Shown one piece after another: positions 1 to 12,446 of a stretch of 64,000 nucleotides of DNA. The notes below the pieces were generated by a model. That model was not told the DNA's origin. It was given only the letters and a program-made list of their open reading frames with translations, and did not search any database. Positions within the stretch are counted from its first letter, which is position 1. Each line of letters starts with the position of its first letter. The translations under genes were made by a program, and so were the position numbers. This DNA comes from Macrostomum hystrix (Eukaryota; Animalia; Platyhelminthes): NCBI GenBank assembly GCA_950097015.1, contig CATNEN010000001.1, forward strand, positions 6,386,001-6,450,000. The letters run 5' to 3'.

Positions 1-369
1 CACCTGTTGTAGCCCTTGAAGGTCCAGCAAATCCGTCTAGATAAAGGTAGGCGACCACCGAAGACGGAGATGATGCAGGCACATTCGGGTGACATGCTGA
101 TCAATTTTGAAGGCCTGGCAAGGCCGCACTGAGGCGCAGTGCTAATTCGTGTATAGGGGTGTATGAAATACACTCTAGAGCTTATGGGAAAAATCCGACC
201 TACGGCCAGAACCATTTGAATATCTCGACGGTCTGAAGAGCTGGCGACTTGATTCTTGTTTCAGAAGATGCGCAACAAAAATTTGACCCGTGTTCTTGAG
301 TTTCGTGTGCGTGTGCTTCTCCGTTAGGGTGCAGCACAAAAAATTGTCAGGGGGGCTTTGCCCCCCTTC

Positions 370-430
370 GTAATTTTTGGTGTGTGTGGCGTCCCCCAGG
401 TCATGGACTGAACAGCTGTACACACTGTTG
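370..430 (+). mobile_element. 3' fragment of SINE family B
   Basis: gtgtggcgtcccccaggtcatggactgaacagctgtacacac matches the reverse complement of 14962-15005. Confidence 0.55.
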
Positions 431-868
431 TTCTGAACTGAACTACAGCAGTTCAGGACTGAACAGCTGTAGAAACTCAATGCGCTAACACATTCTAGAA
501 AGCTATACACAAACTTTGAAAGCGCCAGCAATAGCTGCGGCTTTGCTGTTGGCTGTACATCTGCTCAGCTGGGCTATGTGTAATTACTTCTATTTATGAT
601 ATTCTTTGTACATCTATTAGAACTTTTCGATTTTTATCGCGTAGATTCGTAGAACATGCTATGCAAGGAAGCATACTCGTACATATACGCAAATGTAAGG
701 CTCCTATCAGTTAACACTTACGTGTATACCTCTGCCGCATCCCTGACTATGTAGCCAATAGAAATTGACCGGGTGATTCCCAAGGTCGTCCTCAATAGTG
801 CAACGTGACAAGTGACCTTCGCTGTTCTAAAAATAGCTTGCAAAATAAGCAACGAAACTGCCATCCAG

Positions 869-2340
869 GCCCACCCCAGTTGTTGGACATGATCGACACG
901 GAGAAAGGCCAGACTGCACTGCACAAGGCCAGCTGGTATCAGCGCAGACAGATCTGTCACCTGTTGGTGCAGGCTGGAGCCAGTCTGACTATTACGGACT
1001 TCTCCGGCCTGACACCCAGACAGCAAGCTCAACGTGCGGAAGACAGCGAACTGGCGCTCTGGTTAGAGAGTAAGATCTAAATCTGTTCGCCTCTCTAAAC
1101 TCCTCTCCTAGTGTTGATATTGTACCAGGAACCACTAGAAGTATAGACTACTATACTCAGCAACAGCTAAAACCCCCACAACTCACGCTGTCACACGGGC
1201 ACAAAAGTTAAGCAATGTCTTTAATTCTAGTCTCAGTATCATGTGTAGGAACCACGAGCATGCAAAAGTGCCGTGACTCGTCGTGGCATCCTGATCACCA
1301 GCCGGTTGATGAACTCTTGGGGCAGCTGCTGCCAGGCATTCAGCACCGCCAGTCGCAACTGTTCAGCATTCTGTGGGGCATCCTGCTGAACTCTTCGCTT
1401 TACAAAGTCCCAGACATGCTCGATGGGGTTCATGTCTGGAGACTTTGACGGCCAGTTCAATGTGCGAATGCCGAGCTGCTCCTTCAGCAGCTGCACGTGT
1501 GCTGCTCGATGTGGCGCAGCGTTGTCGTCTTGAAGCATGCAGTTCTGCGGGCCGCCAAAGGTTGTCGTAGCAAATGGCAGACACCATGGCAATTAACCAT
1601 TGCGCAATGCAGCCACCAGTGGGTTGAGTTGCGCCACCCCCTCCCCAAATCCCCGATGCCGCACTTTGCGCTCGCGTCTGGCGGCGGCAGCCTCCACACA
1701 TTTCTGAGTCACCGATGGCATACAAAACTTTTGGGCCGTGTGACAGCGTGAGTTGGGGGGGGGTTAGCTGTTGCTGAGTATATAAGAAAGCAAATAAACA
1801 GTTTGCCTTCTTAGAAATTAGGCATGGAATTATTTAAAATCAGATCTGCCCATTACGCTGACTCCTGAGCACACACGTACTTAGATTACTGTACGAAGGC
1901 ACACGCTAACACAGGTGCATACATCTGCCCTGACTTTCTCCTCGTCAGGCAGTGTACACTTTCACTGTGGCTTGTTGGAGGTTGGCCTTCAAGGGCGTAA
2001 GTTGCTCGACAAGTCCCCAAGCCTTCTTTTCGCGGCTGCGCCCCAAATGAATGTGGCCTCGCCGCGGAATCGAGCTTAGGTACATTGGTGAAATAGGCAA
2101 GCGCGTTTGACCGCTCTCCCATAGAAGGACGTTGCATGGTTATTAAAAAATGTCTTCAATCTCCGTGAGAAAACTTAATTAGCGCGATATCTTCTAGTCT
2201 CTGATTCCTATTCCAATCCTACATACTCGAATGCTATCACGCTGCAACATCATGATTAACTCACCTTATCCATTGTTTGCCTTTCAGCCCAGGAGCATAT
2301 GCAACTAGTGAAGAAAGAGAACCAAGAGACTGAGGTGTGA
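869..2340 (+). CDS. Diacylglycerol kinase type IV (zeta/iota-like), last two exons: 869-1069 and 2288-2340; 5' part lies outside the window
   Basis: Exon GPPQLLDMIDTEKGQTALHKASWYQRRQICHLLVQAGASLTITDFSGLTPRQQAQRAEDSELALWLE matches the C-terminal ankyrin repeats of DGK zeta/iota. Acceptor ccatccag|869, donor 1069|gtaag (phase 1), acceptor ctttcag|2288. This gives TQEHMQLVKKENQETEV*, comparable to the ETAV PDZ-binding tail of DGKZ/DGKI. Confidence 0.88.
1154..1780 (-). mobile_element. Internally deleted, non-autonomous Tc1/mariner (DD34E) DNA transposon in the DGK intron
   Basis: About 55-bp imperfect TIRs (tactcagcaacagctaa...ctcacgctgtcacacgg / ccgtgtgacagcgtgag...ttagctgttgctgagta) flanked by TA. 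The minus strand encodes only the transposase C-terminus QDDNAAPH...WPSKSPDMNPIEHVW, with 34 residues between D and E. It ends GSYT*Y*. Confidence 0.93.
1846..2121 (-). mobile_element. tRNA-headed SINE family A, copy 1
   Basis: Head tgggagagcgg...gctcgattcc (A/B-box-like). Body cacattcatttggggcgcagccgcg...cctgacgaggagaaagtcagg...gtgtgctcaggagtcagcg is shared with six other loci in the window. Confidence 0.75.
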
Positions 2341-3189
2341 CAATGCTATCTAATGAGTCTCACGAACAAATTGTAGATTACCTTTCATTCTCATTCGTTT
2401 CCACTAAATAATAAGTCAATCTAAAGAGCTGAACCAAATCTAATTTCTTGTTGTCTCTACCCGTTAGAGTCCTTCCTGTACCTCAAATGCAGTGTCCACT
2501 TATGTTTATCTGTGTAAGTTTTTTATCTGTCTTCATTCTCTGCTGGTTTTGTGTGCTTGCTTTTTCCCTCATTCTTCTTGTTTTGGGTAAATTATAGTTA
2601 ATGGTTAAACTAAATTAACCTTTGTCTCGTTTCTGTCCCAATTTAAGTATACAAGTACCACACGAGTAGTTTTTAGTTAGCATCGTTTCAATTTCACTTG
2701 TGAATGAAAAACACTAATAAAAATTAGTAACTTAGTAACTTATAAACTCGTATTATTAATGTACTGTCTTCTTGTCTAAATGCTAACTTTATTACTTCTC
2801 GGAAATCCTTCTGCACGGATATATAAATTTATATTCAGAGTGATGTTCAGAGTGAGCGTTGGTCATTGTGCATTTAAACTCATTTACCGCGAATTTCCTT
2901 TTATTTTCTGTCTTGTTCTTCACTTGGAGTACGGATTAGTAATCAAATCATTTGTTTTTTGTATATTGCCTCTTGTTTAGGATGGGACATTTATTTCGTT
3001 TTACCATGTGATTGTGTATTCGTATAACTTGGCCCTAAATACTCTTGTCAACTCGGCTCGTTATTCTTAGAATTGGTGCCCCCTTAATTTTATGAGGGAT
3101 CGCTTGACCTTTTCAGAGATATTTTTGGGGTAACATGACCTTCCTTAGATTTAGTGTGGGATATCGCTTAAAAAATCGGTGGGGTTTCC

Positions 3190-4200
3190 CCGAGATATTC
3201 TGTGGGGTATCCCCTAGATATTCTGTGGGGTATCCCCTACATATTCTGTGGGGTATTACCTAGATATTCTGTGGGGTATCCTCTACATATTCTGTGGGGT
3301 ATTCCCTAGATATTCTGTGGTGTATCCCCTAGATATTCTGTGGGGTATTTCCTAGATATTCTGCGGGGTATCCTCTACATATTCTGTGGGGTATTCCCTA
3401 GATATTCTGTGGTGTATCCCCTAGATATTCTGTGGGGTATTTCCTAGATATTCTGCGGGGTATTCCCTAGATATTCTGTGGGGTATTCCCTAGATATTCT
3501 GTGGTGTATCCCCTAGATATTCTGTGGGGTATCCCCTAGATATTCTGTGGGGTATCCCCTAGATATTCTGTGGGGTATTCCCTAGATATTCTGTGGGGTA
3601 TCCCTTAGATATTCTGTGGGGTATCCCCTAGATATTCTGTGGGGTATCCCCTAGATATTCTGTGGGGTATCCCCTAGATATTCTGTGGGGTATTCCTTAG
3701 ATATTCTGTGGGTTATCCCCTAGAATTGCCCTAGATATTCTGTGGGGTATTCCATTGATTTTCTGTGGGGTATTCCCTTGATATTCTGTGGGGTATTCCC
3801 TAGATACTCTGTGGGGTATTCCTTAGATATTCTGTGGGTTATCCCCTAGAATTGCCCTAGATATTCTATGGGGTATCCCCTAGATATTCTGTGGGGTATC
3901 CCCTAGATATTCTGTGGGGTATTCCCTTGATATTCTGTGGGGTATCCCCTAGATATTCTGTGGGGTATTCCCTTGATATTCTGTGGGGTATTCCCTAGAT
4001 ATTCTGTGGGGTATTCCCTAGATATTCTGTGGGGTATTCCTTAGATATTCTGTGGGTTATCCCCTAGAATTGCCCTAAGATATTCTGTGGGGTATCCCCT
4101 AGATATTCTGTGGGGTATTCCCTAGATATTCTGTGGGGTATTCCCTGGATATTCTGTGGGGTATTCCCTAGATATTCTGTGGGGTATTCCCTAGATATTC
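3190..4200. repeat. Minisatellite, 23-bp unit TAGATATTCTGTGGGGTATCCCC
   Basis: Direct tandem repetition (~43 units), with occasional TAGAATTGCCC inserts. Confidence 0.97.
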
Positions 4201-5011
4201 CGTTGGCTCACTTGACATTATCGCGCCTCCACAAAACATCGTTTAGTATCGGTTTATGCCGAGTAGAATTTTAATATAAGCCCTTAAATATGATTGCGAA
4301 TTGCTCGCGAATTGCACTACTCGTATTGAATTGTCCAAATGTGCACCTCGGTAGTTACACCTATAGCTAACTTATTCTAGCATGCACCAGAAGTAATTAT
4401 TGTAGCTCGTAGATTTGTATTTATGTGCTGAGTATCTCGGAAAAGAATATTCAAGGATCAAATTGTCAATCTCTGCTCTCAGCTGTGGCAATTATTGTGC
4501 TCATTATGTTATAAAAATCAATGCAAATTTCAGATTTTTATCTTGTTTCCTAGATAATTATCGAAAGAAACTATTTGTTTTAAATATTTCTATATTTTTG
4601 TCGGGAATAGACGTGATTATTTATTTTTCTGGCTCTGATATTTCTTTAAAGATATCTTTCATATTATTATTGTGTTCATATTTATACTGATATTGGTTTT
4701 ACAGAAATTTTTTCCCTAGATTTTTTGCTTTACTAAAAAATAGGTTTGTCTTTGCAACAAGAGGTGTTCTAGTGTTCTCGCTGTGTTTTTTCGTCGCAAT
4801 GCAACTTCAAATGCGGAGATTTGTTTAATTTTGAGTGGAAAATTTGGATTAATTGTTACTGGATTCTGTGACCAATATAACTACACTCCATCTGATCTAT
4901 AAACTTTAAAGCAAACGGATGTTGTTTGTCAATGTACTTTTCCAGTAATAATACAATTAGGAATCGATGTAATTCTTTGTTTGTTACTTTTTTGCTAAAA
5001 CTGGTTACTAA

Positions 5012-8000
5012 TTGATCACTAGCCACTTCCTCGTCATTCAACTGGCTATTATCCACTTTTTGCTCATTAAACTGGTCATTAGCCACTTCCTGGTCATTCA
5101 ACTGATCATTAGCCACTTCCTGGTCATTTATCTTGTCGATAGCCACTCACTGATCACTAAACTGGTCAGTAGCCACTTCCTTGTCATTCAAATGGTCATT
5201 AGCCACTTCCTGGTCATTCAACTAGTCATTAGCCACTTCCTGGTCATTCAACTGGTCATTAGCCACTTCCTGGTCATTTATCTTGTCGATAGCCACTCAC
5301 TGATCACTAAACTGGTCAGTAGCCACTTCCTGGTCATTCAACTGGTCATTAGCCACTTCCTGGTCATTGAACTAATCATTAGCCACTTCCTGGTCATTTA
5401 TCTTGTCGATAGCCACTCACTGATCACTAAACTGGTCAGTAGCCACTTCATGGTTATTGAACTGGTCATTAGCCACTTCCTGATCATTCAACTGGTCAGT
5501 AGCCACTTCCTGGTCATTCAACTGGTCATTAGCCACTTCCTGGTCATTCCACTGATCATTAGCCACTTCCTGGTCATTCAACTGGTCATTAGCCACTTCC
5601 TGGTCATTCAACTGGTCATTAGCCACTTCCTGGTCATTTATCTTGTCGATAGCCACTCACTGATCACTAAACTGGTCAGTAGCCACTTCCTGGTCATTCA
5701 ACTTGTCATTAGCCACTTCCTGGTCATTCAACTGGTCATTAGCCACTTCCTGGTCATTTATCTTGTCGATAGCCACTCACTGATCACTAAACTGGTCAGT
5801 AGACACTTCCTGGTCATTCAACTGGTCATTAGCCACTTCCTGGTCATTGAACTGGTCATTAGCCACTTCCTGGTCATTTATCTTGTCGATAGCCACTCAC
5901 TGATCACTAAACTGGTCATTAGCCACTTCATGGTCATTGAACTGGTCAGTAGCCACTTCCTGGTCATTGAACTGGTCATTAGCCACTTCCTGGTCATTTA
6001 TCTTGTCGATAGCCACTCACTGATCACTAAACTGGTCATTAGCCACTTCATGGTTATTGAACTGGTCATTAGCCACTCACTGATCACTAAACTGGTCAGT
6101 AGCCACTTCCTGGTCATTCAACTGGTCATTAGCCACTTCCTGGTCATTTATCTTGTCGATAGCCACTCACTGATCACTAAACTGGTCAGTAGCCACTTCC
6201 TGGTCATTCAACTGGTCAGTAGCCACTTCATGGTTGTTGAACTGGTCATTAGCCACTTCCTGGTCATTCAACTGGTCAGTAGCAGCCACCTCCTGTCATT
6301 GAACTGGTCATTAGCCACTTCCTGGTCATTTATCTTGTCGATAGCCACTCACTGATCACTAAACTGGTCATTAGCCACTTCATGGTCATTGAACTGGTCA
6401 TTAGCCACTTCCTGGTCATTAAACTGGTCATTAGCCACTTCCTGGTCATTTATCTTGTCGATAGCCACTCACTGATCACTAAACTGGTCATTAGCCACTT
6501 CATGGTTATTGAACTGGTCATTAGCCACTCACTGATCACTAAACTGGTCAGTAGCCACTTCCTGGTCATTCAACTGGTCATTAGCCACTTCCTGGTCATT
6601 CCACTGATCATTAGCCACTTCCTGGTCATTCAACTGGTCATTAGCCACTTCCTGGTCATTCAACTGGTCATTAGCCACTTCCTGGTCATTTATCTTGTCG
6701 ATAGCCACTCATTGATCACTAAACTGGTCAGTAGCCACTTCCTGGTCATTCAACTGGTCATTAGCCACTTCCTGGTCATTTATCTTGTCGATAGCCACTC
6801 ACTGATCACTAAACTGGTCATTAGCCACTTCATGGTCATTGAACTGGTCAGTAGCCACTTCCTGGTCATTGAACTGGTCATTAGCCACTTCCTGGTCATT
6901 TATCTTGTCGATAGCCACTCACTGATCACTAAACTGGTCATTAGCCACTTCATGGTTATTGAACTGGTCATTAGCCACTCACTGATCACTAAACTGGTCA
7001 GTAGCCACTTCCTGGTCATTCAACTGGTCATTAGCCACTTCCTGGTCATTTATCTTGTCGATAGCCACTCACTGATCACTAAACTGGTCAGTAGCCACTT
7101 CCTGGTCATTCAACTGGTCAGTAGCAGCCACCTCCTGTCATTGAACTGGTCATTGAACTGGTCATTAGCCACTTCCTGGTCATTCAACTGGTCAGTAGCA
7201 GCCACCTCCTGTCATTGAACTGGTCATTAGCCACTTCCTGGTCATTTATCTTGTCGATAGCCACTCACTGATCACTAAACTGGTCATTAGCCACTTCATG
7301 GTCATTGAACTGGTCAGTAGCCACTTCCTGGTCATTGAACTGGTCATTAGCCACTTCCTGGTCATTTATCTTGTCGATAGCCACTCACTGATCACTAAAC
7401 TGGTCATTAGCCACTTCATGGTCATTGAACTGGTCATTAGCCACTTCCTGGTCATTTATCTTGTCGATAGCCACTCACTGATCACTAAACTGGTCATTAG
7501 CCACTTCATGGTTATTCAACTGGTCATTAGCCACTTCCTGGTCATTTATCTTGTCGATAGCCACTCACTGATCACTAAACTGGTCATTAGCCACTTCATG
7601 GTCATTGAACTGGTCATTAGCCACTTCCTGGTCATTTATCTTGTCGATAGCCACTCACTGATCACTAAACTGGTCATTAGCCACTTCATGGTTATTGAAC
7701 TGGTCATTAGCCACTCACTGATCACTAAACTGGTCAGTAGCCACTTCCTGGTCATTCAACTGGTCATTAGCCACTTCCTGGTCATTTATCTTGTCGATAG
7801 CCACTCACTGATCACTAAACTGGTCAGTAGCCACTTCCTGGTCATTCAACTGGTCATTAGCCACTTCCTGGTCATTTATCTTGTCGATAGCCACTCACTG
7901 ATCACTAAACTGGTCAGTAGCCACTTCATGGTTATTGAACTGGTCATTAGCCACTTCCTGGTCATTCAACTGGTCAGTAGCAGCCACCTCCTGTCATTGA

Positions 8001-8490
8001 ACTGGTCATTGAACTGGTCATTAGCCACTTCCTGGTCATTTATCTTGTCAATTGCCACTCACTGATCACTAAACTGGTCATTAGCCACTTCCTGGTCATT
8101 CAACTGGTCAATAGCCACTTCCTGGTCATTTATCTTGTCGATAGCCACTCACTGATCACTAAACTGGTCAGTAGCCACTTTATGGTTATTGAACTGGTCA
8201 TTAGCCACTTCCTGGTCATTGAACTGGTCATTAGCCACTTCCTGGTCATTTATCTTGTCGATAGCCACTCACTGATCACTAAACTGGTCAGTAGCCACTT
8301 CCTGGTCATTTATCTTGTCGATAGCCACTCACTGATCACTAAACTGGTCAGTAGCCACTTTCTGGTCATTCAACTGGTCATTAGCCACTTCCTGGTCATT
8401 GAACTGGTCATTAGCCACTTCCTGGTCACTCAAATAGCAATTAGCGTTATTCTGGTCATTCAAGTGGTCACTGGCGCATTTTTGGTTATT
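5012..8490. repeat. Minisatellite, 30-bp unit AGCCACTTCCTGGTCATTCAACTGGTCATT, with recurring variant units
   Basis: Tandem 30-mers with recurrent TATCTTGTCGAT / CTCACTGATCACTAA variants. Register shifts near 6281, 7125-7215 and 7981. Both edges are degenerate. Confidence 0.97.
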
Positions 8491-8848
8491 TAAAAATTGA
8501 TTCTTTGAAGTTTATGGAAAAAAACATAAGTGATGCGTGGCGATAGAGCGCGCGCACAAGTTCGATTTAGGGTCGCTAGCGTGGGCGTTTGTCAGTTTGG
8601 TAATACTCTTCAACCTACAAGCACAGGCACACAAGCTTCAGCTAAACTGTAGTGAATATATTCAGCTTTCTAATAAAACTACGAGGCTCGTAAAATATTC
8701 TTATTTCATTCAACAAAGCGGAAATTATTGGTGTTTTTCGCCAATATTGCGTGGGAGTAAAAATCTAAACCCGATATGGTGTGAAACTCCGACATCTACA
8801 TAATCTCAACGCTGTTTTACTCAATCACAAACTTGTAAATGAAATCGG

Positions 8849-11800
8849 GTGGTAGGAGAGTGGTAGGAGAGGATGAGAATGGTAGGAGAGGGTGAGAGTG
8901 GTAGGAGAGGGTGAGAGTGGTAGGAGAGGGTGAGAGTGGTAGGAGAGGGTGAGATTGGTAGGAGAGGGTAACAGTATTAGGAGAGGATGAGAGTGGTAGG
9001 AGAGGGTGACAGTGGTAGGAGAGGGTGAGAGTGGTAGGAGAGGGTGACAGTGGTAGGAGAGGATGAGAGTGGTAGGAGAGGATGAGAATGGTAGGAGAGG
9101 GTGAGAATGGTAGGAGAGGGTGACAGTGGTAGGAGAGGGTGACAGTGGTAGGAGAGGATGAGAGTGGTAGGAGAGGATGAGAATGGTAGGAGAGGGTGAG
9201 AATGGTAGGAGAGGGTAACAGTATTAGGAGAGGATGAGAGTGGTAGGAGAGGGTGACAGTGGTAGGAGAGGGTGAGAGTGGTAGGAGAGGGTGACAGTAT
9301 TAGGAGAGGATGAGAGTGGTAGGAGAGGGTGACAGTGGTAGGAGAGGATGAGAGTGGTAGGAGAGGATGAGAATGGTAGGAGAGGGTGAGAATGGTAGGA
9401 GAGGGTGACAGTGGTAGGAGAGGGTGACAGTGGTAGGAGAGGATGAGAGTGGTAGGAGAGGATGAGAATGGTAGGAGAGGGTGAGATTGGTAGGAGAGGG
9501 TAACAGTATTAGGAGAGGATGAGAGTGGTAGGAGAGGGTGACAGTGGTAGGAGAGGGTGAGAGTGGTAGGAGAGGGTGTCAGTATTAGGAGAGGATGAGA
9601 GTGGTAGGAGAGGGTGACAGTGGTAGGAGAGGATGAGAGTGGTAGGAGAGGATGAGAATGGTAGGAGAGGGTGAGAATGGTAGGAGAGGGTGACAGTGGT
9701 AGGAGAGGGTGACAGTGGTAGGAGAGGATGAGAGTGGTAGGAGAGGGTGAGAATGGTAGGAGAGGGTGAGAATGGTAGGAGAGGGTGACAGTGGTAGGAG
9801 AGGGTGAGAGTGGTAGGAGAGGGTGAGAGTGGTAGGAGAGGGTGATAATGGTAGGAGAGGGTGACAGTGGTAGGAGAGGGTGATAATGGTAGGAGAGGGT
9901 GAGAGTGGTAGGAGAGGGTGAGAGTGGTAGGAGAGGGTGATAATGGTAGGAGAGGGTGAGAGTGGTAGGAGAGGGTGACAGTGGTAGGAGAGGGTGAGAG
10001 TGGTAGGAGAGGGTGACAGTATTAGGAGAGGATGAGAGTGGTAGGAGAGGGTGAGAGTGGTAGGAGAGGGTGAGAGTGGTAGGAGAGGGTGAGAATGGTA
10101 GGAGAGGGTGACAGTGGTAGGAGAGGGTGAGAGTGGTAGGAGAGGGTGAGAGTGGTAGGAGAGGGTGAGAATGGTAGGAGAGGGTGACAGTGGTAGGAGA
10201 GGGTGAGAGTGGTAGGAGAGGGTGAGAGTGGTAGGAGAGGGTGATAATGGTAGGAGAGGGTGACAGTGGTAGGAGAGGGTGATAATGGTAGGAGAGGGTG
10301 AGAGTGGTAGGAGAGGGTGAGAGTGGTAGGAGAGGGTGAGAGTGGTAGGAGAGGGTGATAATGGTAGGAGAGGGTGACAGTGGTAGGAGAGGGTGAGAGT
10401 GGTAGGAGAGGGTGAGAATGGTAGGAGAGGGTGACAGTGGTAGGAGAGGGTGAGAGTGGTAGGAGAGGGTGAGAGTAGTAGGAGAGGGTGAGAGTAGTAG
10501 GAGAGGGTGAGAGTGGTAGGAGAGGGTGAGAGTGGTAGGAGAGGGTGAGAATGGTAGGAGAGGGTGACAGTGGTAGGAGAGGGTGACAGTGGTAGGAGAG
10601 GATGAGAGTGGTAGGAGAGGGTGAGAATGGTAGGAGAGGGTGAGAATGGTAGGAGAGGGTGACAGTGGTAGGAGAGGGTGAGAGTGGTAGGAGAGGGTGA
10701 GAGTGGTAGGAGAGGGTGATAATGGTAGGAGAGGGTGACAGTGGTAGGAGAGGGTGATAATGGTAGGAGAGGGTGAGAGTGGTAGGAGAGGGTGAGAGTG
10801 GTAGGAGAGGGTGATAATGGTAGGAGAGGGTGAGAGTGGTAGGAGAGGGTGACAGTGGTAGGAGAGGGTGAGAGTGGTAGGAGAGGGTGACAGTATTAGG
10901 AGAGGATGAGAGTGGTAGGAGAGGGTGAGAGTGGTAGGAGAGGGTGAGAGTGGTAGGAGAGGGTGAGAATGGTAGGAGAGGGTGACAGTGGTAGGAGAGG
11001 GTGAGAGTGGTAGGAGAGGGTGAGAGTGGTAGGAGAGGGTGAGAATGGTAGGAGAGGGTGACAGTGGTAGGAGAGGGTGAGAGTGGTAGGAGAGGGTGAG
11101 AGTGGTAGGAGAGGGTGATAATGGTAGGAGAGGGTGACAGTGGTAGGAGAGGGTGATAATGGTAGGAGAGGGTGAGAGTGGTAGGAGAGGGTGAGAGTGG
11201 TAGGAGAGGGTGAGAGTGGTAGGAGAGGGTGATAATGGTAGGAGAGGGTGACAGTGGTAGGAGAGGGTGAGAGTGGTAGGAGAGGGTGAGAATGGTAGGA
11301 GAGGGTGACAGTGGTAGGAGAGGGTGAGAGTGGTAGGAGAGGGTGAGAGTAGTAGGAGAGGGTGAGAGTAGTAGGAGAGGGTGAGAGTGGTAGGAGAGGG
11401 TGAGAGTGGTAGGAGAGGGTGACAGTGGTAGGAGAGGGTGACAGTATTAGGAGAGGATGAGAGTGGTAGGAGAGGGTGAGAGTGGTAGGAGAGGGTGAGA
11501 GTGGTAGGAGAGGGTGAGAATGGTAGGAGAGGGTGACAGTGGTAGGAGAGGGTGAGAGTGGTAGGAGAGGGTGAGAGTGGTAGGAGAGGGTGAGAATGGT
11601 AGGAGAGGGTGACAGTGGTAGGAGAGGGTGAGAGTGGTAGGAGAGGGTGAGAGTGGTAGGAGAGGGTGATAATGGTAGGAGAGGGTGACAGTGGTAGGAG
11701 AGGGTGATAATGGTAGGAGAGGGTGAGAGTGGTAGGAGAGGGTGAGAGTGGTAGGAGAGGGTGAGAATGGTAGGAGAGGGTGAGAGTAGTAGGAGAGGGT

Positions 11801-12446
11801 GAGAGTAGTAGGAGAGGGTGAGAGTGGTAGGAGAGGGTGAGAGTGGTAGGAGAGGGTGAGAGTGGTAGGAGAGGGTGATAATGGTAGGAGAGGGTGACAG
11901 TGGTAGGAGAGGGTGATAATGGTAGGAGAGGGTGAGAGTGGTAGGAGAGGGTGAGAGTGGTAGGAGAGGGTGAGAATGGTAGGAGAGGGTGACAGTGGTA
12001 GGAGAGGGTGAGAGTGGTAGGAGAGGGTGAGAGTAGTAGGAGAGGGTGAGAGTAGTAGGAGAGGGTGAGAGTAGTAGGAGAGGGTGAGAGTGGTAGGAGA
12101 GGGTGAGAGTGGTAGGAGAGGGTGAGAACGGGAGTAGAGGGTGAGATTGGGAGAGAGGGTGAGAACAGGAGTAGAGGGTGAGAACGGGAGTAGAGGGTGA
12201 GAGTGGGAGAGAGGGTGAGTACGGGAGAGAGGGTGAGAACGGGAGTAGAGGGTGAGAGTGGGAGAGAGGGTGAGAACGGGAGTAGAGGGTGAGAACGGGA
12301 GTAGAGGGTGAGAGTGGGAGAGAGGGTGAGAACGGGAGTAGAGGGTGAGAGTTGGAGAGAGGGTGAGAGTGGGAGTAGAGGGTGAGAGTGGGAGTAGAGG
12401 GTGAGAGTGAGTGAGAGGGTGAGAGTGGGAGAGAGGGTGAGAGTGG
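8849..12446. repeat. Purine-rich minisatellite, 19-bp unit GGTAGGAGAGGGTGAGAGT, changing to GGGAGTAGAGGGTGAGAAC-type units after ~12120
   Basis: Direct tandem repetition over ~3.6 kb. The minus-strand ORFs of 1171 and 336 aa are simply its translation. Confidence 0.97.

Noticed and set aside
120-180. Helitron 3' end (hairpin plus CTAG)
   Set aside because: The hairpin abuts CTAG without the usual spacing, the next base is A rather than T, and no matching 5' end is visible.
1925-1970. Hammerhead ribozyme in SINE A (CTGACGA...GAAA on the minus strand)
   Set aside because: The motifs sit in a simple hairpin with no stem II between them and no evident stems I/III. CTGANGA is not kept in all copies.
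4856-8493. 30-bp array as a coding repeat (minus strand NDQEVANDQL with recurrent in-frame TGA, superficially like a selenoprotein or readthrough case)
   Set aside because: TGA replaces a GAA codon in one repeat variant, the frame is broken by register shifts, there is no start or splice entry, and I see no SECIS evidence.
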